Below are positions 12,954 to 20,305 of a stretch of DNA of 64,000 nucleotides, in pieces. How positions within the stretch are numbered: position 1 is the stretch's first letter; each line of letters opens with the position of its first letter. The DNA comes from Acidobacteriota bacterium (lineage in GTDB: Bacteria; Acidobacteriota; Vicinamibacteria; Vicinamibacterales; UBA8438). Below the pieces are notes generated by a model. The model was not told where the DNA came from and did not search any database. It saw nothing but the letters and a program-made list of their open reading frames with translations. The stretch is taken from positions 9,386 to 73,385 of the forward strand of contig WTFV01000155.1 in NCBI GenBank assembly GCA_011523845.1, in the 5' to 3' direction. Made by a program: the position numbers and the translations under genes.

Positions 12954-13625
12954 ATGAACTTTGGTTCCGGCTACGCCGGGTTAGGTGGTACGGCGAGCTA
13001 CGGGGAGCTCTTCGAGCGTCTCAGCAGTCTCACCGACCCAGACGGCCCGCGTGCAAGCAAGGACAGGTTCACGCCGCTGGCCGAAGTACGCCCGACCAGC
13101 GGGCGCCGTGGTGGTCGTGGTGGCGGCGGAGGTAAGGGAGGCAAGACATCGCATCTGCACCCCTCGGCCGAACTTCGCGAGCTCGTGGGAATCGTAGGGG
13201 AGATCCACGCGTACCGTTTCCTGCGCAAGGAGTTCGGAGAGGACGTGACGTCGGACGCGTGGGTTTCCGAGATCCGACTGAAGGTCCTGCCGCTGGTGGC
13301 GGGGGAGCAGGACGACACGAGCGACGGGCACGGCTTCGACTTTCGGTTCCGTTACAACCGGAAGACATGGTGCGTGGAGGTGAAGGCGACCTCGGGAGAC
13401 GACACGCAGTTCGATCTGGGAAGTACCGAGATCAACGCGGCAACCCGTCTTGCCCGCAAGCGAGGCTGGCGGTGGCGAATCCTGCGGATTCGCAGCGCGC
13501 TGTCTGAGCGGCCGGAATTGGATTGGCTTCCCAACCCGTTCGAGGAGGGCTTCGGCAAGCACTTCCGGCTGCGTCGAGGCGGGATGATGGTGTCCTACGC
13601 GCATAAGAAGGCCCGGACCGGTTGA
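12954..13625 (+). CDS. DUF3883-like (restriction-endonuclease-fold) domain protein with an RGG/Gly-rich linker; possibly the detached 3' end of the GHKL gene
   Basis: ORF 12909..13625, with an internal ATG at 12954. GIVGEIHAYRFLRKEFG ... GHGFDFRF ... WCVEVKATSGDD ... FDLGSTEINAA fits the DUF3883 core pattern as I recall it. Confidence 0.55.
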   Translation: MNFGSGYAGLGGTASYGELFERLSSLTDPDGPRASKDRFTPLAEVRPTSGRRGGRGGGGGKGGKTSHLHPSAELRELVGIVGEIHAYRFLRKEFGEDVTSDAWVSEIRLKVLPLVAGEQDDTSDGHGFDFRFRYNRKTWCVEVKATSGDDTQFDLGSTEINAATRLARKRGWRWRILRIRSALSERPELDWLPNPFEEGFGKHFRLRRGGMMVSYAHKKARTG

Positions 13626-13643
13626 GGCGAGGAGGCACAGCGC

Positions 13644-14313
13644 ATGCTTCGACCCCGCGCGGACATGCTGTCGCCGGCGCAACAGCGGCTCTGGCGGGAG
13701 TTGGGTGGTACGCCGGATGACTTCGTGCTTTACGGTGGCACAGCGCTCGCCCTGAGGCTCGGTCATCGGCAGTCGATTGACTTCGACTTCTTCTCCTCGG
13801 CCCAGGTGGATTCGACTCGACTGTTGCGCGAGGTCTCGTATCTTCAGGGAGCGGAAGTGGTGCAGCGCAGTCTCGATACGTTGACCTGCATCGTGGATCG
13901 CGCCGGTCCGGTGCGGGTCTCGTTCTTCGGCGATCTGACCCTACGCCGCGTTGCGGACCCTGATTCCCTCGCGGACCCCCTCGTGAACATCGCGTCGCCG
14001 CTGGATCTTGCCGCGATCAAGGCGGAGGTGGTGCAGGTTCGCGCAGCCGCCAAGGACTACCTGGACATCGATGCGCTGATTCACCGCGCCGGCGTTTCCT
14101 TGAGTGATGTGCTCGGCGCCGCACGTGCGGTGTTCGGTCCGGCGTTCAACCCCATGCCGACCTTGAAGGCGCTGTGCTTCTTCGCCGACGGACCTGGCCA
14201 CGCTGCCTCACGACGTGTGCCGGCGCCTGGTCGATGCGGCCTCTGCGGTTGATCCGACGAAGTTGCCGAGCTTCGAGTCTCTGGCCGGTGTCGCACCGGG
14301 AGCGTCATGCTGA
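13644..14313 (+). pseudogene. AbiEii/AbiGii-like nucleotidyltransferase (DUF1814-type), frameshifted near 14188-14192
   Basis: FVLYGGTALALRLGHRQSIDFDFF is the typical NTase motif. At GCCGACGGACCTGGCC the called frame turns to junk and stops at 14252. The +1 frame continues as DLATLPHDVCRRLVDAASAVDPTKLPSFESL to a TGA at 14311-14313, which overlaps the next ATG. Confidence 0.6.
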
Positions 14314-14627
14314 ACCCGGAACCGCCGGCAGAACTGCTGCGCGTTGCAGAACGGATGGTGTGGTTCAAACCGCCGGAGGAGACGCTGGCCGATCCGGTGC
14401 TCTTCCTGAGCCACCTGATGACTTACGGCACGGTCGATGACCTCCGCGTGGTGCGGACGCATTTCACCGACGAACAACTGCGCCAGGTTCTGCACGCCGG
14501 TCTGCCGGGCGTCTTCGATGCGCGGTCGTGGGCGTACTGGCACGCCGTGCTCGACGTCCGGCCGGTGCCGCCCCTGCCTACGAGGCGTCTGGCAGGCGTG
14601 GACGATGCGCAGTTCCCGCCGCGTTGA
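14307..14627 (+). CDS. Hypothetical protein, 106 aa, coupled to the NTase gene
   Basis: The ORF has protein-like composition (VWFKPPEETLADPVLFLSHLMTYGTVDDLRVVRTHFTDEQLRQVL). Its ATG overlaps the restored stop of the upstream gene (ATGCTGA). Confidence 0.5.
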   Translation: MLNPEPPAELLRVAERMVWFKPPEETLADPVLFLSHLMTYGTVDDLRVVRTHFTDEQLRQVLHAGLPGVFDARSWAYWHAVLDVRPVPPLPTRRLAGVDDAQFPPR

Positions 14628-14796
14628 GCGTTGATGGTTCATGGTTCTCACCGTCGCGGCGGGCCGGTGACCGGCGTCGCGTTCGTGGTAGTGTCGCAGT
14701 TTGAATCGTCGGGTAGAGGCTCAGACTGAGGAGATCCGCTCGCACGCAGCTCTTTCAGGACTTGATCAGCGAAGGCTTTGGCTTGCTCTTCGGGAG

Positions 14797-15099
14797 TCAC
14801 TTCCGATCATCCTGGATCTCCCGGCTCTCGTGGTCTTCCACCGCGCTCTTCAGGCGGTCGAGGAGCCTGTCCATCTCGCGCCCGAGTGGGGTGTTGTTGA
14901 GGTCGTCGGACTCGCGGACGGCTTTCTGTACAGCGGCGAGTTCGGCAGAGGTGGTGAAGACCGAGCCCTTGACGATGAGCACCGTGAGCAGGGCCTCTAG
15001 CGCGTTGATTCGTTCGGGTACCGACCCAAAGGTCATCGGAGTCGAGATCGACGGGAGAGGGGGCTCGGACCGCGTTCTCAGTCCAGGGGTATTACTCAT
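14797..15099 (-). CDS. Hypothetical protein, 100 aa, helical or coiled-coil-like
   Basis: The ORF is in the lower-G+C island and overlaps the upstream small ORF by 8 nt. I recognise no family. Confidence 0.35.
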   Translation of the reverse strand: MSNTPGLRTRSEPPLPSISTPMTFGSVPERINALEALLTVLIVKGSVFTTSAELAAVQKAVRESDDLNNTPLGREMDRLLDRLKSAVEDHESREIQDDRK

Positions 15100-15358
15100 G
15101 TGAATGCTCTAGGTCCAGCGCGCGCACCCGTTCCGAGAGCCGCTCGATCTCCTTCTGCTGAGCGATGACCATCTCAAGCAGGCGCCGGATGGCCAGCGCG
15201 TCGTAGTGCCAGTGGGGGTACACACCCGGCACCACATCGGAGACGCCGGCGCCACGGTTGAGGGGGCCGCGCTTGCCCTCAGCTGATCGGGTGTAGTCTC
15301 CGAACGAGCGTAGCCACTCTTCAACAGAGAGTTCACTCAAGACAACTTCGTCGCTCAT
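15092..15358 (-). CDS. Hypothetical protein, 88 aa
   Basis: This is the last 88 codons of the artefactual ORF 15092..18052, starting at the ATG at 15358. The sequence MSDEVVLSELSVEEWLRSFGDYTR...QQKEIERLSERVRALD is protein-like. Confidence 0.4.
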   Translation of the reverse strand: MSDEVVLSELSVEEWLRSFGDYTRSAEGKRGPLNRGAGVSDVVPGVYPHWHYDALAIRRLLEMVIAQQKEIERLSERVRALDLEHSHE

Positions 15359-15541
15359 GGGTCCGCTGCAGGCCGGGATCGGAACCAGTGTACCACCGAG
15401 CGATCCGACAAAGCTAGACCCCGAGCCTGCATCCCGCCGCGCCGAGCACGGTGCCTGGAAGGGCAGCTCGGGAGCCGATCCGGACCGCACCGTGATACGC
15501 TGAAGGACTGCGCCGCAGAACGGCGCCGGTTCCTGTCGTCC

Positions 15542-16696
15542 ATGCGCGAGCAGCGGCCCGTTAATCCCTTTGTACCCGGTCGCGGCGTGCTGCCGCCCTG
15601 TCTGGCCGGCCGGGAGGCCGAACAGCGCGAGTTGATGCGGCTGCTCGCCTACGTCCAGGCGGGGCGGGGGGCGCCGCGGGATGCCGTGGTGTCCGGTCCC
15701 CGGGGCAACGGGAAGACCGTGTTGCTGCGGTGGCTGCAGGGCGAGATCGAGACCGACGGAGGAATCGACGTCGTCTGGCGTACGCCGAGCGACCTGCCGG
15801 TCCTCGATGCGCTCGCCACGGCCCTGGCGCCGCCGGCTCGCTTTCAGTCGCTGCTCCCGGACAAGTTGTCGGTGTCGATCGGCATCGGACGGCTCGGCTG
15901 GGAGCTGGGCGGCGACCCGGGCACGCTGACCGACCTCTTGACGCTGCGTTGCACCCACCGGCCGCTGGTAGTCCTGCTGGATGAGGCGCATACGCTGGAC
16001 GTGGCGGTAGGACGGGCGTTGCTCAATGCCGGCCAATCCACTGCGGCGACCGCGCCCTTCCTGCTGGTGCTGGCGGGCACTCCCGGCCTGACCTTGCACC
16101 TGGACCGGATGTCCGCGACGTTCTGGAACCGCGCCAGGCACATCGGCGTCGGTCTGCTCGACGAGGACGCCGCGGCGGACGCGCTCGTCCGACCGCTCGC
16201 CGAGCAGGACCCCGCCATCACGATCGAGCCGGCGGCCCTGCGGCGCGTGCTCGACGAGAGCCAGTGCTATCCGTACTTCCTGCAGCTCTGGGGGGCGGCT
16301 CTGTGGGACGCGGCAACGCAAGAAGCCGCGGCGCTGATCGACGAGGCCGTGGTCGCGCAGGCGAGCCGCGCCTTCGAGATCGAGCGGAACGCCTACTACG
16401 AGCACCGTCGCGACGAGCTGGAGCGGCAGAACCTGCTGCCGGTCGCCGGCGCGATAGCCGATGCCTTCGCCGGCCGCGCCATGCTCGCCCAGGAGGATCT
16501 GAACGGGGTCATCGCCGATGCCCTGGCCCTCGACTCGATCCCCGAGACGGTACAGCGCCGCGACCGGCTGGCCATGGTCGGCTACGTCTGGAAGCCGCCC
16601 GGAGCCGGCGATCGATGGCAGCCGGGCATTCCGAGCCTCATGCGCTACCTGCAGTCCCCGGCGGCGGCCGGTGCGGCCACCGACGCGCGAACGTGA
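15542..16696 (+). CDS. AAA ATPase (archaeal-ATPase / ORC-Cdc6-like ATP-binding protein)
   Basis: 384-aa ORF. N-terminal NPFVPGRGVLPPCLAGREAEQREL is followed by Walker A GPRGNGKT and Walker B VVLLDEAH. Confidence 0.7.
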   Translation: MREQRPVNPFVPGRGVLPPCLAGREAEQRELMRLLAYVQAGRGAPRDAVVSGPRGNGKTVLLRWLQGEIETDGGIDVVWRTPSDLPVLDALATALAPPARFQSLLPDKLSVSIGIGRLGWELGGDPGTLTDLLTLRCTHRPLVVLLDEAHTLDVAVGRALLNAGQSTAATAPFLLVLAGTPGLTLHLDRMSATFWNRARHIGVGLLDEDAAADALVRPLAEQDPAITIEPAALRRVLDESQCYPYFLQLWGAALWDAATQEAAALIDEAVVAQASRAFEIERNAYYEHRRDELERQNLLPVAGAIADAFAGRAMLAQEDLNGVIADALALDSIPETVQRRDRLAMVGYVWKPPGAGDRWQPGIPSLMRYLQSPAAAGAATDART

Positions 16697-16803
16697 CCGC
16701 CCGATGGTCGTCCCGCGCGCATCCGGACGCCACAAGTCCTGTGCCCGGCATCGGCCCGGCGGCTTCGGGCGACTGCGCGGCGCCCGCTCGGGCCGCGCGC
16801 GGG

Positions 16804-18468
16804 TCAGGGGCTTCCGGCGAGCTCCTCCGCGGTGACGTACCGCGGCTGGATGTCGATCGGCACGTTGCGGAGGCGGTCGAGCACGCGCTGCACCTCCGGG
16901 CGCACGACGCCCAGGGTCTCCAGCACGCGGTTCGCCTCGTCGTAATCCCCCTGCGCCTGGATCGTCATCAGCCGGCTCGTCAGCCCCCGCACGGCGTCCC
17001 GGATGCGCCCGTGGTCCACGCGGAACCGCCCGTCCGGTCCGACCCGCACCGCGCCGGTGTCGAGAAAGGTGTTGAGCTGGATCGCCACCCCGCGACCGTG
17101 CGCCGCGCCGATGCCGAAGCGGATCGAGCGGAACGTCGAGGCGAGGAAGGTCGTGTAGATCGAACGTTCGAGAGAGCGGTCGATGACGCCCTTGTCGATG
17201 AGATAGTGAAGCGCCCACAGTCCCGAGACGTCGGCTTTCGCTTCCTCGATGGTGCTGTAGGTCTCCCGCAGGGTCTGGCGCACGGTGGTCTCGCGCCCGT
17301 CGACGTCGACGGAGTGGGGTCCGAGTCCGTGCATCAGCTCGTGCATCAGGATGTGGGTGAAGAACGCGTCGAACGAGATGTCGGCCCGCTCGCTGGACGG
17401 CAACGCCAGCGCGGCGATCGGCGTCAGCACGTGCTGGAACTTCGCCTCCTGGACGTTCTTCAGCATGACGCGCTTCGAGCCGTGGTCGCGGATGACCCGC
17501 TCGTCGTTCGGCAGGTTGAACGCGGCGGTCTGCACGCCGCTGTTGGCGTCGCCGGACGTGAATACGACGTTGACCACGCGGATCGGCGCCAGCGCGCCCA
17601 ACTCCGGGTCCCGATAGGCGGGGTCGATCGGCAGGTTGTCCTCGAGCTCCTGCAGCTCCGCACCGAAGCGCGCGAGCTGCGCGGTCTCGGCATCGTCGCG
17701 GATCGTGACGAAGGCTTCGAACGCCGCCTTGTAGTTGAACCACTCGTCCTCGTACACCTCGTACGGGCCGATGGTGGGTTCGATGGCGCTGTCGAGCTCC
17801 ATCCATGCCACGTCGCTGTCGTAGTACTCGTTCGACGCGAAGGCGTCCGCACGGGTTCGCAGATAGCGCGCGAGCGTCGGCGCGGCGGTCAGTTCGGCGG
17901 CTGCCCGCAGGTGCGCGGCGGCTATGGCGAGCGGCCCCTGGTACTCCAGGCTGTACGGCACGGCCCGCAATGCGCCGTCCGAATCCCGTCGGATGACGGT
18001 GAAGAAACCCGTAGCCGCCCGCCGCTCGTCCTCGGAGAGTCCGTCGATCCACGCGGCGACCTCGTCGCGCGTGGCGTCCGGCGGATAGTAGGCGGCGCCC
18101 TCCGGCTTGGAGGGCACGCCGGGGATGAACGCCCGGTCCTCCTCGACGCGGGACCAGGGTCCCTTGTTCACGAGGAAGAAGGCGAGTTGCGCGCGACCGA
18201 CCGCACCACGGTCGCCCTGGAGTGCGAGCAGCAGGGAGGGGTTGCCGGCCCAGACCTGCTCCAGGAACAGCGCGTCCATGACGCGTGCCGCGTCGATTAT
18301 CCGCGCGAGCGCCGCGCGCTCGGACCGCGGCAGCGAGGAGACGTCGGCGCCGACGTCGACCGGGGCGAACAGGGGCGTCATGGTGGTTCCGAACTGCCGG
18401 CCCTGCGCCGGGCTCATGGCGATGAACAACGCGGCGAGGCTGACGGCGACGAGGGCGGTTCTGGTCAT
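16804..18468 (-). CDS. Secreted M49 (dipeptidyl-peptidase III)-like zinc metallopeptidase
   Basis: ATG at 18468 with a GGAGG upstream. It has a signal-like MTRTALVAVSLAALFIAMSPAQG, then zinc motifs HELMHG and EEAKAD. Confidence 0.65.
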   Translation of the reverse strand: MTRTALVAVSLAALFIAMSPAQGRQFGTTMTPLFAPVDVGADVSSLPRSERAALARIIDAARVMDALFLEQVWAGNPSLLLALQGDRGAVGRAQLAFFLVNKGPWSRVEEDRAFIPGVPSKPEGAAYYPPDATRDEVAAWIDGLSEDERRAATGFFTVIRRDSDGALRAVPYSLEYQGPLAIAAAHLRAAAELTAAPTLARYLRTRADAFASNEYYDSDVAWMELDSAIEPTIGPYEVYEDEWFNYKAAFEAFVTIRDDAETAQLARFGAELQELEDNLPIDPAYRDPELGALAPIRVVNVVFTSGDANSGVQTAAFNLPNDERVIRDHGSKRVMLKNVQEAKFQHVLTPIAALALPSSERADISFDAFFTHILMHELMHGLGPHSVDVDGRETTVRQTLRETYSTIEEAKADVSGLWALHYLIDKGVIDRSLERSIYTTFLASTFRSIRFGIGAAHGRGVAIQLNTFLDTGAVRVGPDGRFRVDHGRIRDAVRGLTSRLMTIQAQGDYDEANRVLETLGVVRPEVQRVLDRLRNVPIDIQPRYVTAEELAGSP

Positions 18469-18505
18469 CTCCCCCGACCTCCTACAATTAGTGTAGACGA
18501 GCACG

Positions 18506-19936
18506 ATGACCGAGGAGACGCAGCTTGCCGTCATCGGCGCCGGTCCGGGCGGCTACACGGCGGCCTTTCTCGCGGCCGATCAGGGACTGCGGGTCACGCT
18601 GATCGACGAGGCGCCGCGGCCCGGCGGCGTCTGCCTGTACCGCGGCTGCATGCCGTCGAAGGCCCTGCTGCACGCCGCGAAGGTGATGACCGACGCCCGC
18701 GCCGCGGCCGCCTGGGGCGTTTCGTTCGGCGAGCCGACCATCGACGTCGCCAGGCTGCGGGGATGGAAGGACGAGGTCGTCGCCAGGCTGACCGGCGGGC
18801 TGGCCCTGCTGTCGAAACAGCGGGAGGTGAGTTTTGCGCAGGGCAGGGCGTCGTTCGAGGACGCGCACACGCTCCGCGTGGCCCCGACGGGTGACGGCGC
18901 CGGCGATTCCGCGCGGACGATCGCGTTCGAGCACGCGGTTCTGGCCACCGGCTCGCGTCCGGCCCGCCCCTCCGTGCTCGCCCTCGACGACCCGCGCGTG
19001 CTCGACTCGACGCGTGCCCTCGACATCGAACGGGTACCGGCGTCACTGCTCGTGATCGGCGGCGGCTACATAGGACTGGAGCTCGGGACCGTCTACGCTG
19101 CTCTCGGAACCGCCGTCACCATCGTCGAGATGGCCGGCAGTCTCCTGCCGGGCGCCGACGCGGATCTCGTGCGGGTACTGGCGCGGCGGGTCGCGAAGGC
19201 CGTTCGTGCCGTGCATCCGAGCACGTCGGTGACCCGCCTGGCGGCGCACCCGGACGGCATCGACGCCTCGTTGGAATCAGCCGCCGGAGGGGAGCGGACC
19301 GAGCGCTTCGATCAGGTCCTGGTGGCGGTCGGACGGACGCCGAACTCGGAGATCACCGGTCTCGAAAGGACGCGGGTGCAGCGTGACGACCACGGTTTCA
19401 TCCTGGTCGACGGGCAGCGCCGTACCGCGGAGCCGTCGATCTTCGCCGTCGGCGACGTCGCCGGCGAGCCGCTTCTCGCCCACAAGGCGTTCGCCGAGGC
19501 GCGCGTCGCGGTCGATGCAATCGTCGGCAACAGCGCGTCGTACGGCCCGCGCGCGGTGCCCGCGGTCGTCTTCACGGACCCGGAGGTCGCGTGGTGCGGT
19601 CTCACGGAAGCGGCTGCCGCTACGGCCGGCCGCGCGGTCAGCGTCGCCAGGTTTCCCTGGGGCGCGTCCGGGCGGGCGCTCACGCTCGACCGACCCGAGG
19701 GCGTGACCAAGCTCGTGCTGGATCCGGAATCCGGGCAGGTGCTCGGGGTCGGACTGGTCGGCGCCGGGGCGGGGGAGCTGATCGCCGAGGGGGTCGTCGC
19801 GGTGGAGAAGGGGCTCACCGCCGCCGATATCGCCGCGGCCATTCACCCGCATCCCACCGTGTCCGAGACGTTCGCGGAGGCCGCCGAGGTCTTCTTCGGA
19901 CGCAGTGCGCACGTCTATCGGCCAAGGCGGGGTTGA
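18506..19936 (+). CDS. lpdA: Dihydrolipoyl dehydrogenase
   Basis: 476-aa ORF. It has the GAGPGGY FAD motif, the redox-active GGVCLYRGCMPSK, and C-terminal HPHPTVSE. Confidence 0.9.
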   Translation: MTEETQLAVIGAGPGGYTAAFLAADQGLRVTLIDEAPRPGGVCLYRGCMPSKALLHAAKVMTDARAAAAWGVSFGEPTIDVARLRGWKDEVVARLTGGLALLSKQREVSFAQGRASFEDAHTLRVAPTGDGAGDSARTIAFEHAVLATGSRPARPSVLALDDPRVLDSTRALDIERVPASLLVIGGGYIGLELGTVYAALGTAVTIVEMAGSLLPGADADLVRVLARRVAKAVRAVHPSTSVTRLAAHPDGIDASLESAAGGERTERFDQVLVAVGRTPNSEITGLERTRVQRDDHGFILVDGQRRTAEPSIFAVGDVAGEPLLAHKAFAEARVAVDAIVGNSASYGPRAVPAVVFTDPEVAWCGLTEAAAATAGRAVSVARFPWGASGRALTLDRPEGVTKLVLDPESGQVLGVGLVGAGAGELIAEGVVAVEKGLTAADIAAAIHPHPTVSETFAEAAEVFFGRSAHVYRPRRG

Positions 19937-19938
19937 CG

Positions 19939-20094
19939 GCCCGTGGCAAGAGCCCCGCTGCATTCGAGCGACGATGCATCCCGCGTGGATTGCGTTGCTC
20001 CTCGGTCGAACAAGCCCAATGTGTGCTTCCTCGTCGCGCCTTGCCACGCGGGCGCCTCGCCGCTCTCGGTGCGACGCGGGGTCTCATCACGGGC
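19939..20094. repeat. Family-C ~156-bp MITE-like element with imperfect terminal inverted repeats
   Basis: Left end GCCCGTGGCAAGAGCCCCGC, right end GCGGGGTCTCATCACGGGC. It aligns along its length with 58489-58640 and partly (inverted) with 40792-40865. GGTTGA is present on both flanks. Confidence 0.75.
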
Positions 20095-20305
20095 GGTTGA
20101 GCCCCTGCCGACCTACCCGCAGTGTCTCCTGCAGGGGGCGATCGCGTCATCCGCGGGTGACGCTCCGGCCACCTGGCGACACCGGGGGACGGCACGCCTC
20201 TTGCTCCACTGCCTGGTGCGATTGCCGCCGGCAGAGGCACGGGGATAAGATGGTTGACAGTGCTGTTCGCCAGCCAAGCCTGCCCGACGCGCCGCGAGGT
20301 GTTCC

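Noticed and set aside
15092-18052. 986-aa minus-strand ORF spanning the AAA ATPase and M49 peptidase region
   Set aside because: It is Arg/Gly/Pro-rich junk for about 900 codons. Only the last 88 codons (from the ATG at 15358) look like protein.
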